Of a stretch of DNA of 64,000 bases, positions 37,622 to 48,375 are shown one piece after another. Position 1 is the stretch's first letter. The number at the start of each line of letters is the position of its first letter. The notes under the pieces are model-generated. The model saw only the letters and a program-made list of their open reading frames with translations. It was not told where the DNA came from and did no database searches. The translations under genes were made by a program, and so were the position numbers. Source of the DNA: a candidate division FCPU426 bacterium (GTDB taxonomy: Bacteria; Oederibacteriota; Muellerivitia; Muellerivitales; Muellerivitaceae); assembly GCA_963719085.1 (NCBI GenBank), contig CAVRAL010000001.1:1312001-1376000 (forward strand), read 5' to 3'.

Positions 37622-40237
37622 CTACTCCCGCACCTTCTTTTTCCAGTCGGCGATCAGGTTTAAGGCGTCCCGGGGCGTCAAATCATCCACTTCCAGGCCC
37701 TTGAGTTCTTGTAAAACCGGGTGATTGTCGCCGGAGCCGAAGAAAGACATCTGGGGCTTGTCTTCGCCCGGGGCCGGGCTGGGCGCGGGGGCTTCAGCGG
37801 TCTTGGACAAGAAAGTCCCCGACTCCAGCGTGGCCAATATCTTTTTGGCCCGGGCCACCACTTCCTTGGGCACTCCCGCCAAACGGGCGACCTGGATTCC
37901 ATAGCTCTTGTCGGTCCCGCCTTCCACGATCTTGCGAAGAAAAAGAATCTGCTCGTTCCATTCCCGCACCGCGATGTTGAAGTTTTTCACGTTGGGAAAG
38001 GTGGCCGCCAGCCGGGTGAGCTCGTGGTAATGGGTGGCGAACAGGGTGCGGGCCCGGAGTTTTTGCGCCAAAAACTCCACCACCGCCCAGGCGATCGAAA
38101 CCCCGTCAAAGGTCGAGGTTCCCCGCCCCACCTCATCCAAAATAAGAAGGCTTTTGGCCGTGGCGTGGTTGAGGATATTGGCCGTCTCCACCATCTCCAC
38201 CATGAAGGTGCTGTGTCCCTGGGTCAAGGCGTCGGAGGCGCCCACCCTTGAAAAGATACGGTCCACCACGCCCAGTTTCATTTCTTTGGCGGGCACAAAA
38301 AAGCCGACCTGCGCCATAAGCGAGAGCAGCGCCACCTGGCGGATATAGGTGCTTTTGCCCGCCATGTTGGGGCCGGTCAAGACCACGATCTCCACCCCAT
38401 CCACGCCCAGCTTGGTGTCGTTGGGCACAAACTGGTCGGAGGATAGCAATCGGTCCAAGACCGGATGCCGTCCGTCTACGATCGTCATCTCGGCGGAATC
38501 GTCCACCTCGGGCCTTGTATGCCTTCCCCGGTCGGCCACGAAAGCCATGCAGGCGAACACATCCAATTCGGCGATGACCCGGGCCATGCGCTGGAGCCGG
38601 GAAAGTTCTTTTCCCACCTGGAGCCTAACCTCGTCAAACAACTCGTATTCCATCCGGTCGGCTTTTTCCTGTGCGCCTAAAACCTTGCCTTCCATTTCTT
38701 TGAGTTCGGGGGTGATGAATCGCTCAGCGTTCACCAGGGTCTGTTTGCGGTGATAATCCGCCGGGACCTTGTCCAGGTTCGCTTTGGACACCTCGATGTA
38801 ATAACCAAAAACCGAGGTATACCGCACCTTAAGTGAGGCGATACCCGTGCGGGCCTTTTCGCGCTCTTCCAATTGGGCGATCCAGGACTTGCCTTCCAAC
38901 GACCCTTTTTTCAGCTCATCCAATTCGGCGCTATAGGCCGCTTTAATGAGTCCGCCTTCTTTCAAAGCCAGGGGCGGTTCATCGGCGATGGATTTTTCCA
39001 ACAGTTTGTGGACTTCCTTGAGATTGTCCCAGCCCTCGACCTTGTCCCTCACCCATTGGGCTTTGAACCCTGAGAGCCTTTGATGCAATTTAGGAAGAAG
39101 GCCTAAGGTGTTTTTGAGCGCCACCAAGTCCCGGGCGTTGGCCGTGCCGCAGCCGATACGGCCCGCGAGCCTCTCCAGGTCGGAAATTTCCCGGAAATGG
39201 TCCCGGAGCGTTTCCCTTTCATCCGTGCGGGCTAAAAATTCTTCCACCGCGTCCTGCCGGTGCTTGATGTTGGAAACGGAAGTCAGCGGCGTCACCAGCC
39301 ATTGGCGCAGCAGGCGGCCGCCCATGGAGGTCACCGTCTCATCCAAAACCGAAAGCAAGGTGCCTTCCTTGCCGCCGTCCATGCCCTTGAGGATTTCTAA
39401 ATTTCGCTGGGTGGTGGCGTCCAGCACCATGCCTTCGCCGACCTGGTATGTGGAAAAGCTGGCCAAGTGCGAAAGCACGCTATGGGTGGTTTCTTTGAGA
39501 TATTGCAGTAAAGCGCCCGCGGCCCGGATGGCTTGGGGATGGCCCGAGAGGCCGAAGCCGTCCAGGGTCTTGACCTGAAAATGGTCCCGAAGCGCGCCCT
39601 CCCCTTCCTCAACGGAAAACTTCCAATCTTCCAGGTGCGATTTTTTCGCGCCATTGAGCGAATGGATCAGCTTGCCCCAATCCTCGGCCTCCGGCTGGTT
39701 TTGGGCGATCAGGATCTCGGCGGGATTAAATTTGGAGATCTCATTGGCGGCCACGGAAAATCGCTCGGGCCCGGTCAATTCGCAGGCTTTGAATTCCCCG
39801 GTCGTCACATCCACCACGCCCAGCCCCAAGGCCTGGGGCGAATAGGCCAAGGCCGCCAAATAGTTGTTCGACTTCTCATCGAGCATGGCGGTGGACAAAA
39901 CCGTGCCGGGAGTGATGACCCGGGTAATTTCCCGCTTCACCAACCCCTTCCCAAGCCCCGCTTCCTCCGTCTGCTCGCAAATGGCGATGGAATGGCCGCC
40001 CTTCACCAGGCGGGAAATATAATTGTCCGCCGCGTGATAGGGGATGCCCGCCATGGGCACCTTTTGGCCTTGGCCGCCCTGGCGGGCGGTGAGGGTGAGG
40101 TTCAAGACCCGGGCCGCCGTCTTGGCGTCGTCGAAAAACATCTCATAAAAATCACCCAGCCGGAAGAAAAGGATCTCGTCCTTGTGGGCGCGTTTGATTT
40201 CCAGGTACTGCCGCATCATGGGGGTTAAATCATCCAT
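37622..40237 (-). CDS. mutS: DNA mismatch repair protein MutS
   Basis: TPMMRQY, GDFYEMF, TGPNMAGKST, DEVGRGTST, FATHYHE, SYGIQVA. Confidence 0.98.
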   Translation of the reverse strand: MDDLTPMMRQYLEIKRAHKDEILFFRLGDFYEMFFDDAKTAARVLNLTLTARQGGQGQKVPMAGIPYHAADNYISRLVKGGHSIAICEQTEEAGLGKGLVKREITRVITPGTVLSTAMLDEKSNNYLAALAYSPQALGLGVVDVTTGEFKACELTGPERFSVAANEISKFNPAEILIAQNQPEAEDWGKLIHSLNGAKKSHLEDWKFSVEEGEGALRDHFQVKTLDGFGLSGHPQAIRAAGALLQYLKETTHSVLSHLASFSTYQVGEGMVLDATTQRNLEILKGMDGGKEGTLLSVLDETVTSMGGRLLRQWLVTPLTSVSNIKHRQDAVEEFLARTDERETLRDHFREISDLERLAGRIGCGTANARDLVALKNTLGLLPKLHQRLSGFKAQWVRDKVEGWDNLKEVHKLLEKSIADEPPLALKEGGLIKAAYSAELDELKKGSLEGKSWIAQLEEREKARTGIASLKVRYTSVFGYYIEVSKANLDKVPADYHRKQTLVNAERFITPELKEMEGKVLGAQEKADRMEYELFDEVRLQVGKELSRLQRMARVIAELDVFACMAFVADRGRHTRPEVDDSAEMTIVDGRHPVLDRLLSSDQFVPNDTKLGVDGVEIVVLTGPNMAGKSTYIRQVALLSLMAQVGFFVPAKEMKLGVVDRIFSRVGASDALTQGHSTFMVEMVETANILNHATAKSLLILDEVGRGTSTFDGVSIAWAVVEFLAQKLRARTLFATHYHELTRLAATFPNVKNFNIAVREWNEQILFLRKIVEGGTDKSYGIQVARLAGVPKEVVARAKKILATLESGTFLSKTAEAPAPSPAPGEDKPQMSFFGSGDNHPVLQELKGLEVDDLTPRDALNLIADWKKKVRE

Positions 40238-40270
40238 TAAAAACCTTCCGAAAAAGATAAAACAAACACC

Positions 40271-40370
40271 TTTTACCGCCAAGACGCCAAAGTAGTTTAA
40301 AACCAAAATCCTTGTTCTATTTTCAAAATCAAAACTTGCTTAACTTTGTGTCTTAGCGTCTTTGCGGTGG
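40271..40370. repeat. Intergenic inverted-repeat element (ACCGCCAAGACGCC family)
   Basis: ttttaccgccaagacgccaa ... tcttagcgtctttgcggtgg. Confidence 0.65.
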
Positions 40371-40385
40371 ACTAGGTTGGCTGTG

Positions 40386-41621
40386 TTAGTTGGATTGGTC
40401 CTCGACCACGATCACCTGCTGTTTGAGGGAGCGGGATAACTTTTTGGCGGTTTTTTCCGCCGCCGCCCGGGTGGCGTATTGTCCCACCCGCACCTTGTAA
40501 TAGGTATAGGGGCTGGAATCGCTTTTGGCCGAAACCACGAAAGTCTCATAACCGAGTTGTTTCGCCGATTTCCGCGCCTTGGCCACGTAACCCATTTGGG
40601 TGAATACTCCGATTTGAACATGGAACGGCAAGGCCGGCGCTTCGGTGGCGACTGCCTCCGGCGCGGCCGCGGGAGCGGGCGTTGGGACAAGCGTGGGCGC
40701 TAAAGCGGCGGTCGGCTGGGAGATGGCCGCTGGCGTCGGCGCGTGGGGCACTGAGACCGTCGCTCCGAGGGTCGGAGTGGGCGAAGGTTCTTGCCCCTCG
40801 GCGGCGGCGGCGTAATCCGGATGAACTTTAGCCAAGGCCGTCAACCGGCCCTGGGCATCGCTCACTTCCAAGGCTTTGGGATAACGGTCCAGCAAGGTCT
40901 GGTAAGCCGCGTAAGCCTGGCGGTCTTTCTTTTCCAGCTCAAAGGTTTGCCCGAGCTTGAAATAAACCAGGTTCAATTCATCGTAAGCGGGATCGTCCTG
41001 GAGGATTTTGAGATATTGCTGTTCGGCCTGGTCGTAGCGCCCTTTCTTGAAATAAGCGTTGCCCAAACCCACCCGGCACTTGGAGGCCCAGGGGCTGTCT
41101 TTGGAATCATCCAAAACTTTTTGGAACTGCTGGATGGCGTTGTCGTTCTGGTCCTGGGCCAAGTAAGCCGAGGCCAGCCAATAACGGATTTCGGGCAGAT
41201 CCGGGCTCTTGGGATATTGGTCGATATAATCCTGGTAGCTCGCGGCCGCTTCCTCGTATTTATCGGCCAAGTAATAGCGGTCAGCCAAATCTTTCTGGGC
41301 CTCCGCGCCTTCCGGGCTTCCCTCATATTCGCTGGCCAGCATCTGGAACCGGGCCGTGGCGGAGGTGAAATCCTCCTCGAGATTGGCCAAAAGAAGCTCG
41401 GCCCGGGGCACAAAGCTGTCCATCGGATGCTCAGCCACCAATTCGCTCAGCGAGGTACGGGCTTCCTGATAATGCTTTTCGTCGAATAATTTCTGGGCCT
41501 TGTCAAAAAGCGCCGCCGGGCTGTCGTCCCGCGAAGCCGGCGTCGCGGAAGGCGCGGGTGTTTGGGCCAGCAAAGGCGAGCCGAGGGCCATTAGGAAGAT
41601 CAGGGAGAATATTTTTTTCAT
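40386..41621 (-). CDS. Secreted TPR + SPOR-domain protein
   Basis: Signal peptide, TPRs, Pro/Ala linker, FHVQIGVF...YKVRVGQY.TRAAA SPOR motif. Confidence 0.88.
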   Translation of the reverse strand: MKKIFSLIFLMALGSPLLAQTPAPSATPASRDDSPAALFDKAQKLFDEKHYQEARTSLSELVAEHPMDSFVPRAELLLANLEEDFTSATARFQMLASEYEGSPEGAEAQKDLADRYYLADKYEEAAASYQDYIDQYPKSPDLPEIRYWLASAYLAQDQNDNAIQQFQKVLDDSKDSPWASKCRVGLGNAYFKKGRYDQAEQQYLKILQDDPAYDELNLVYFKLGQTFELEKKDRQAYAAYQTLLDRYPKALEVSDAQGRLTALAKVHPDYAAAAEGQEPSPTPTLGATVSVPHAPTPAAISQPTAALAPTLVPTPAPAAAPEAVATEAPALPFHVQIGVFTQMGYVAKARKSAKQLGYETFVVSAKSDSSPYTYYKVRVGQYATRAAAEKTAKKLSRSLKQQVIVVEDQSN

Positions 41622-41723
41622 GTGTTCCTTTATAAAGCTAACTAAAAAAACCCGCACCAACAAAAAAGCTCGCACAAAGACGCATGCGCCTAAAGGCGGC
41701 CCCGTTCCACCCAATCAATGTTG

Positions 41724-41838
41724 GGGCAGACGCCAAGGTAGTCAAAACACTTATGTTTTGGGACAGATTAGAAAAACAAGAAATCTTTTGTGTTTATAGT
41801 TGTTCGCCCTTCTTGGCGTCTTAGCGTCTTTGCGTGAG
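41724..41838. repeat. Intergenic inverted-repeat element (AGACGCCAAG / CTTGGCGTCTTAGCGTC)
   Basis: Same 9-bp-unit motif as 40271-40370. Confidence 0.6.
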
Positions 41839-41850
41839 CAGTTTTTTTGG

Positions 41851-43197
41851 TTAAATCTTCGTTCCGTATAACGCGGCGATTTTGCTGCTCTCAATCCTCA
41901 CCTTTACCAGGCTCCCCGTCTCAAAAACCCCGTTGGTCACCACCACGGTCTTATTTTGGCGGGTCTTGCCATAACTGGCGTTGGGCGTGCGGTCCGCGGG
42001 CCCATCGACCAAGACTTCTTCCACCAGTCCTACCCGGGCGGCGTGCTTTTGGGAGGCGTGTTTCCAGGCCACGACGTTCAGCCGGGCCAACCGCTCGTTT
42101 TTGACTTCCTCAGGAACCTGGTCCAACATCCGGGCCGCCACGGTTCCAATCCGGGGGGAATATTTGAAGCTAAACACCAGGTCGTACTGAACCTCTTCCA
42201 ACAAACGAAGCGTTCCTTGAAAATCCTCCTCGGTCTCGCCGGGGAATCCGACGATCAAGTCGGTCGTCAAGGCGATGTCTTTCACCGAGCGCTTCAAGGA
42301 TTGGGCCCTTTCCAAATAATGCGCCACGCTGTATTTGCGGCTCATGCGCTTCAAGATCGGGTCCGACCCGCATTGGACGGGCAAATGGAAATATTCGCAA
42401 ACAGCCGGGGTCGAGGCCATCACCTCAATGAGCTCATCGGACAAATCCAACGGATGGGAAGTCATGAACCGCACCCGCTCAATGCCCTGCACTTCCGCGA
42501 CCTTCCTCAACAGCTGGGCGAAGGTCAGGGTCTTTCCTTTGGACTTGAGACCCAGCCCGTAGGAATTCACGTTTTGGCCGAGCAAGGTGACTTCTTTGAC
42601 GCCGGCCGCCGAAAGCCGCCGGGTCTCGGCCAAAATATCCTCGGCCTCGCGGGAAACTTCCCTCCCCCGGGTAAAGGGCACCACGCAAAAGGTGCAAAAC
42701 TTGTCACAGCCCTTCATGATCTCGAGGAACGCCTTATGCGGCTGGGCGAGGTGGGCAACGTCATTCTCCGGAAAATAAACCGGGTCAAAATCCGCCAACA
42801 CCTGGCTTAACCCCGTGCGGGAGGCTTGCTCCAAAACCTCGGGTACTTTCAAGTATTGGTCCGGACCGATCACCAAATCCAAATGGGGCGCCCGTTCCAG
42901 CAGTTGGTTTTTGTAGCTGGTGGCCATACAGCCCAAAACACCCACCACCCGGCCGTCTTTGCCTTTTTTCCACTCGCCCAGTTCCCCTAAGCGGGAAAAA
43001 ACCTTGTCTTCGGCGTGCTGGCGGATGGAGCAGGTATTGAAGAGGATGACATCGGCTTCCGCTTGGTCCTGGGTCATTAAAAAACGCTTCTCCCGCAGGA
43101 GCTTGGCCACATGGTCCGATTCCAAGACGTTGGATTGGCACCCGAAGGTTTCCAGGAAAACTTTTTTGTCTGGGGCGATAACGACGGTCGGTTCCAC
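41851..43197 (-). CDS. miaB: tRNA methylthiotransferase MiaB
   Basis: TFGCQ.N, NTCSIR, GC, GCDKFCTFC radical SAM motif, LLGQNVNSY, TRAM domain. Confidence 0.95.
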   Translation of the reverse strand: MEPTVVIAPDKKVFLETFGCQSNVLESDHVAKLLREKRFLMTQDQAEADVILFNTCSIRQHAEDKVFSRLGELGEWKKGKDGRVVGVLGCMATSYKNQLLERAPHLDLVIGPDQYLKVPEVLEQASRTGLSQVLADFDPVYFPENDVAHLAQPHKAFLEIMKGCDKFCTFCVVPFTRGREVSREAEDILAETRRLSAAGVKEVTLLGQNVNSYGLGLKSKGKTLTFAQLLRKVAEVQGIERVRFMTSHPLDLSDELIEVMASTPAVCEYFHLPVQCGSDPILKRMSRKYSVAHYLERAQSLKRSVKDIALTTDLIVGFPGETEEDFQGTLRLLEEVQYDLVFSFKYSPRIGTVAARMLDQVPEEVKNERLARLNVVAWKHASQKHAARVGLVEEVLVDGPADRTPNASYGKTRQNKTVVVTNGVFETGSLVKVRIESSKIAALYGTKI

Positions 43198-43261
43198 GGG
43201 ATTCCTTGAAAAGAATGGGCCTTAAAAGAACACCGATTTTAGCAGGTGCGGAGTCATTCGG

Positions 43262-43564
43262 CTAGGGCTGGTGGCCTTTGATAATAATGAAAAAAGCCAC
43301 CGCCAGCGCGAACAAAAGCACGCCCGCCCTCAGGATCCAGCCGGTCTTTTGGGGGGACACGCGGTAAGGCACGAAGGCCCTGCCCCCGGGGGAAACACCG
43401 CTTTCCTGCTGGAACACATTGCCGTCCTCGTCGAAAACCAAGGGCAGGCTGGCCCCGCAGGCGCCGCAGAATTTATTCTCGGCGATGTTGAAGGCGCCAC
43501 AGCGCAGGCATTCCACGTCCAGATTTTTGCGTTTGGGAATGGGCGGCAAAAGTTCGGCCGGCAC
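43262..43564 (-). CDS. Zinc-ribbon membrane protein
   Basis: CLRCG...FCGACGA plus C-terminal TM helix. Confidence 0.75.
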   Translation of the reverse strand: MPAELLPPIPKRKNLDVECLRCGAFNIAENKFCGACGASLPLVFDEDGNVFQQESGVSPGGRAFVPYRVSPQKTGWILRAGVLLFALAVAFFIIIKGHQP

Positions 43565-43570
43565 GGGGTT

Positions 43571-44827
43571 TTATTTGAACCCGGAAAGCTTGTTGATGAT
43601 CATGCCGATTTTACGCGCGTCCTCGGACATTTTTTTCTGGGTCAGGACGGCCTGGTATTGCTTATAGGCGTTGATGGTTTCCTGTTTTTTTCCGAGCTTC
43701 AAGTTGAACTCGGCGCGCTTTTTAAGAATTTCCAAATGGTCGGGCTCATAGGCCAGAATCTGCTCGAAAATCCCCAGGACGGCCTCGATCTTGTTTTCTT
43801 TGATGGCCTGGGCCGCTTGCTTGATGAAAATTTGGGTGGCCTCGGCTTTTTTACCGACCTGGACCAGGATCCGCGCCAAACGGTTCTGGAGGACGGCGTC
43901 CTCCGGATACCTCGCCATCAAAAAGCCGGCGTGGGCGAGGGCCGCGTTCCAATCCTTCAAGTCCTCTTCCAGGGAAAGCAGTTGGGCGATCAAGGACTCA
44001 TCCTCCGGGCTCTCGGCGAGCAAAAGGTCAAATTCCTTTTTCGCCTCGGCGCTCAGGCGAAGTTCGGCCAGGATTTTCGCGTGGAGCAGCCGGAGGCCCT
44101 GGTGGCCCGCCGCGATGGCTTTTTCCACCGCCATCTTGGCTTCGTCCAAATGGCCCGCGCCGTAAGCCACCCGGCTTAAGCGGTCATAAACCCGCGACAG
44201 GGTGTCCTGGTCGCCTTTGCGGTCGGCCAATTCCCCCAAAAGCTTCAGGGTGTCATAGCCGTCCGGATCCATCTCGGCCATCTGGTTGGCCATAGCCTGG
44301 GCCTTGTCCAGGCGCCCGGCTTCCAAATGGATATCGGCGATGGCCCTGAGCTGTTCCAGCGCGTCGGTGATCTGGGCGTTTTCCAGGAACAAGGAAGCCA
44401 ATTTTTCCCGGTAGGAAAAATTAATGGGCTCGGCCTCGATCAGCTGTTTGTAAAAAGCCACCGCCTCTTCCGGGTTTCCCTCGGCGGCCATCCGGTCCGC
44501 CTCCAGGGTTTTGGTGACCGAGTCGTAAATATGCCGGCGCTTTAAGTCCATGCGGCCCGTATTGAGCTTTTGGATTTTTTTCTCGATGGAAGAGACCTTG
44601 GCGAAATTGCCTTGTTTGGAATAAAGGGCCCGCGCGGTCATATAGGCGTCGAAGGCGTCCTGGTCGTCCTCTTTTTTGCCGTAAGCGTCGCCCATCATGT
44701 TGAAAACGTGGGCATCCTCGGCGTCGAGGGCCAAAAGCTTCTTATATTCCTCAATGGCCTTATACCACTCCCCGTTTTGGACGTAGAGGTAAGCCATCTT
44801 GACGATGATGTTTTTATCTTCCGACAT
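43571..44827 (-). CDS. TPR-repeat protein
   Basis: Repeated helical TPR pattern (KAIEEYKKLLALD, AVAFYKQLIEAEP). Confidence 0.85.
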   Translation of the reverse strand: MSEDKNIIVKMAYLYVQNGEWYKAIEEYKKLLALDAEDAHVFNMMGDAYGKKEDDQDAFDAYMTARALYSKQGNFAKVSSIEKKIQKLNTGRMDLKRRHIYDSVTKTLEADRMAAEGNPEEAVAFYKQLIEAEPINFSYREKLASLFLENAQITDALEQLRAIADIHLEAGRLDKAQAMANQMAEMDPDGYDTLKLLGELADRKGDQDTLSRVYDRLSRVAYGAGHLDEAKMAVEKAIAAGHQGLRLLHAKILAELRLSAEAKKEFDLLLAESPEDESLIAQLLSLEEDLKDWNAALAHAGFLMARYPEDAVLQNRLARILVQVGKKAEATQIFIKQAAQAIKENKIEAVLGIFEQILAYEPDHLEILKKRAEFNLKLGKKQETINAYKQYQAVLTQKKMSEDARKIGMIINKLSGFK

Positions 44828-44927
44828 GGCGCCTCGCTACGGTCTTTGAAAAAGAAACGAACGGCCTACGGGAATCCAGGTCAGTATAAATCGAAGGGAA
44901 TAAAAAACAGTTAAAAAGGCCCGAAAG

Positions 44928-46529
44928 TTACAGCAGCCCATCCACGCTGTAGGCGATGACCTTCTCGGTTTTCCCCTTCACCTTGATGGGATCGAGCATG
45001 GTGGCGCGGACCTTGTGTTTGACTTTCTCGTAGGTGGCGCTGGAGATGAGAATTTGCCCCTTTTCCGCCACCGACTCCAGCCTTTGGGTGAGATTGACGT
45101 TGTCGCCGATCGCCGTGTATTCCATCCGCTCGTTGGAGCCGATATTGCCCACGACCACCTCGCCGGTGTTGATTCCGATTCCAATATTAACTTCCCGTTT
45201 ACCTTCCGACCGCCATTTAAATTGGAGTTCCTTCATCTTCACGCTCATCTCGATCGCCGACAAAACCGCCCGCTCCGCGTGGTCCGGCATGTCGATCGGC
45301 GCGCCGTAGACGGCCATGATGGCGTCGCCCATGAACTTGTCCAGCGTGCCCTCGTATTTAAAAATGATGGAAGTCATGGCGGTGAAATACTCGTTCAGTA
45401 AATGCACCACCTCTTCGGCGCTCAAGACTTCCGACATGGGCGTGAAACCCCGGATATCGGAGAAGAAAACCGTCACGTTCTTTTTCTCGCCGCCCAGCTT
45501 CAGCCCGTCCTTGTGTTCCAAAATCCGGTCCACCACGCTTTTAGTGACGTATTTGGAAAAGGCGCCCTTGATGACCTCTTTTTCCCGCAAGGATTTGGCC
45601 ATGTTGTTGAAAGCGCTGGTGAGGTCCCCGAGTTCGTCCGAGCGCTTGATCCTGATCTCTTGGTCGAAGTCGCCGGCCGCGATGGCCGACACGCCGGACA
45701 CCAAAAGCCGGATGGGCTTGATGAGCAGGGTCACGAAAACCGTCATGCCGATGATGCCGATGAGAAGGATCGCCAAGGTCGTCAAGATGATGGCCACCGC
45801 CACGTAACGCACCACCCGGGTGATGGTGTTTTGGTTCATTCCCAGATGCACTTCCCCGAGTTTGTTGCCGCTGACGCGGTCTTTAATGACCGCCGCCACG
45901 TCATAGAGGGGAACGCCGCTTTGGGTATAGGCCTGGGTCAGAATGGATTCGGTGTCCGCCATGGGCCGCACGCCCGCGGGCAAAGTGTTGGGGGTATTGA
46001 CCCTTTGCAAGTCATTGTCGGCCACCACCATGCCGTTTTTATCCACGATATAGGCGTATTCAACGTCCGACGCCTGGGCGTCGCCCTCGGGCCACAAAAA
46101 TTTTTGCACGGCGTTGTTGGCTTGGGCGCTGATGCCCACCAGTTCTTCTTGAAGCGGGTTGTAGCCCGAGGGGATCACGCGGTTGGAGCTGACGCTTTCC
46201 AGCTTCATGGCGTCCCGCACGTTTTGCATCAAGGTGAGGTTAATGTCCTCGGCGGAACCTTGCTGGGAGGTGGCTTGGGAAAGCTGGGTGAGGAGCGGGT
46301 CCTCGCTGTTTAAAGCCAGCCCGCGGACCTGGGCTTCCCCGCGGTCCAAAACCTGCTGGATCAAGGTTTGCCGCATTTGGTCCAAAACGAGCCAAGTCAC
46401 CACGCCCATGACGGCGCAAATGAGAAAAGTAAGCACCAGGATGAACTTCACGCGAAGGGAAAAAAGATGATGTTTGAGGACGGCCTTCGGTTTTTTGTCG
46501 CCCGAAGTCTTAGTTGGAGTCGGTTCCAA
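44928..46529 (-). CDS. Membrane HAMP-domain class III adenylate cyclase
   Basis: Two TM helices, HAMP (DELGDLTSAFNNM), FSDIRGFT, DKFMGD, YTAIGDNVN..QR. Confidence 0.93.
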   Translation of the reverse strand: MEPTPTKTSGDKKPKAVLKHHLFSLRVKFILVLTFLICAVMGVVTWLVLDQMRQTLIQQVLDRGEAQVRGLALNSEDPLLTQLSQATSQQGSAEDINLTLMQNVRDAMKLESVSSNRVIPSGYNPLQEELVGISAQANNAVQKFLWPEGDAQASDVEYAYIVDKNGMVVADNDLQRVNTPNTLPAGVRPMADTESILTQAYTQSGVPLYDVAAVIKDRVSGNKLGEVHLGMNQNTITRVVRYVAVAIILTTLAILLIGIIGMTVFVTLLIKPIRLLVSGVSAIAAGDFDQEIRIKRSDELGDLTSAFNNMAKSLREKEVIKGAFSKYVTKSVVDRILEHKDGLKLGGEKKNVTVFFSDIRGFTPMSEVLSAEEVVHLLNEYFTAMTSIIFKYEGTLDKFMGDAIMAVYGAPIDMPDHAERAVLSAIEMSVKMKELQFKWRSEGKREVNIGIGINTGEVVVGNIGSNERMEYTAIGDNVNLTQRLESVAEKGQILISSATYEKVKHKVRATMLDPIKVKGKTEKVIAYSVDGLL

Positions 46530-46639
46530 GGGAAGCCCCCCGATGGCCCTTAAAGGTATGGTAGACGTCTAACTTAACTATAGACGGGGCAAGAGGGGCT
46601 GTCAACGAACGACCCACCACGCGGCCCTAAAAGCCCGCC

Positions 46640-47362
46640 TTAAGCTGACTCGGGGCTCGATTCACCTTCCGCCATGGGCGGTTGGGTCTCAGCGGCGGCG
46701 TCCGGCGCGGCCGGGGCTTCGGCTTCTTGGGCCTCCTCCAAAGACGAGGCGGTAAGGCCCAGCTTTGTTTCCCGTCGGCGCAGTTCCCCTTCCATCTCTT
46801 TGAGAAAACCCGGGGAGGGCCGGTCGCCGGCCAATTCCTGTATCTCGGAAACCTTTGGCAGGTCCAGCAGGTCCTTCAATCCGAAATGGATCAAAAACTC
46901 GTGGGTGGTCCCATAAAGAAGCGGGCGACCGGCGGTTTCAGCCCGGCCCAGGATACGGATCATCTTCTTTTGAAGCAGGGACTGGACCAGATTGCTGACC
47001 TCCACTCCCCGGATCGCCTCCACCTCCGCCCGGGTCACGGGCTGCTTATAGGCGATGATGGCCAGGGCTTCCAGGGAAGCTTTGGTCAGGCGGGTCGTGG
47101 AAATAACCTTATATAACTCCTTGGCCCAGCCATGGTATTCGGGCCGGGTGACCAGTTGGAACCCTTCGGCCACTTGAACTACTTGGAAACTGCGTTCCAT
47201 GGCGTTCAGCTCTTCCTGAATCGCCGCGAAAGCCTTCTCCACCTCTTCCAAGGGATAGTCTTCCAAAATATCGGCCGCGCGTTTGGGCGACAGGGGCTGC
47301 TCGCTCACGAACAAAAGGCTTTCCAGAATTTGGTTTAAACTTTGTTTCGCCATGCTGGTCAT
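46640..47362 (-). CDS. scpB: Segregation and condensation protein B
   Basis: LEALAIIAYKQPVTRAEVEAIRGV, GRPLLYGTT.EFL..FGL. Confidence 0.95.
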   Translation of the reverse strand: MTSMAKQSLNQILESLLFVSEQPLSPKRAADILEDYPLEEVEKAFAAIQEELNAMERSFQVVQVAEGFQLVTRPEYHGWAKELYKVISTTRLTKASLEALAIIAYKQPVTRAEVEAIRGVEVSNLVQSLLQKKMIRILGRAETAGRPLLYGTTHEFLIHFGLKDLLDLPKVSEIQELAGDRPSPGFLKEMEGELRRRETKLGLTASSLEEAQEAEAPAAPDAAAETQPPMAEGESSPESA

Positions 47363-48283
47363 TTACTCCGTTTGGGATTGAAGATTCGCTTCCCCATCAT
47401 TCGGCAAGGATACCTCGCCTTCAGGGGACTCAGCCGACGCCTGCGGGGACTCCGTCGACTCGGACTGTATCAGATAAATTTCGATCTCGTCAAAAATTTT
47501 ATTTTGGAACGCCTTCGCCAGCTTGAGCCGGAGCAATTCCAAAAGGGCCAAAAGACAGATGATTTTCTCGATTTTCGTCCGGCAGGCCGTCAGCATGGAT
47601 TTGAAAAGGATCTTTTTGTTCGCCTGGAGCATGTCCATCACGTCGTTGATCTTCTGGGTCACGGTGATTTCGGGGCGGATGAGCTCGGCCGTGGGATCTT
47701 CCTGGGAATGGATCAAGACATCCTTAAAAGCCGCCAAAAGGCCGAACAAGGTGACTTCTTCCAAGTGCTCTTCCTCGCCCACCTGCTTCATATCCTCGGA
47801 GACCATCCGGCCCAATAGACGGGTCCTTGTCTTTTCCATACCCTGAAGCTGGTCCGCGGCGTCCTTGAACATCTTGTACTCCAGCAGGCGCCGCATCAGC
47901 TCGGCCCGGGGGTCTTCCACTTCTTCCTCGGTTTCCGGCTCAATCGGCAAAAGCATCTTGCTCTTCACATGCATCAAGGTGGCGGCCATCACCAAAAAGT
48001 CCCCGGCGATCTCCAGGTTGAGCGAGCGCATAATATCCAGATAAGCCAGATACTCCTTGGTGATCTTGGAAATGGGAATGTCATAGATATCCAGCTCGTG
48101 TTCCTTGATCAGGTGGAGCAACAGGTCCATGGGCCCGTCAAAGGACGGCAGGGTGATTTGATAGGTCAGGCGCTGGTCTTCGGCGTTGAGGATTTCCTTA
48201 ATCACAACCCCGGACACATCCTTGGACAAGGAAATGTTCACGGGCTCGGGAGTGTTTTCAGGTTTGAGAGATTCGTCGGTCAC
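47363..48283 (-). CDS. scpA: Segregation and condensation protein A
   Basis: FDGPMDLLLHLI, FLVMAATL..KS..LLP, DPRAEL..RLLEY. Confidence 0.95.
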   Translation of the reverse strand: MTDESLKPENTPEPVNISLSKDVSGVVIKEILNAEDQRLTYQITLPSFDGPMDLLLHLIKEHELDIYDIPISKITKEYLAYLDIMRSLNLEIAGDFLVMAATLMHVKSKMLLPIEPETEEEVEDPRAELMRRLLEYKMFKDAADQLQGMEKTRTRLLGRMVSEDMKQVGEEEHLEEVTLFGLLAAFKDVLIHSQEDPTAELIRPEITVTQKINDVMDMLQANKKILFKSMLTACRTKIEKIICLLALLELLRLKLAKAFQNKIFDEIEIYLIQSESTESPQASAESPEGEVSLPNDGEANLQSQTE

Positions 48284-48312
48284 ATTTTCCTCATTCGATA
48301 ACTTTTAAAATG

Positions 48313-48374
48313 ATAAACGCCGATGAACGCGGATAAAAAATTCTTTTCCCTTAAATCAGCGTCCATCCGCGCGG
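48313..48374. repeat. Intergenic inverted-repeat element (AACGCCGATGAACGCGGAT / ATCAGCGTCCATCCGCG)
   Basis: 9-bp tandem units facing their complements across an AT-rich spacer. Confidence 0.55.
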
Positions 48375-48375
48375 A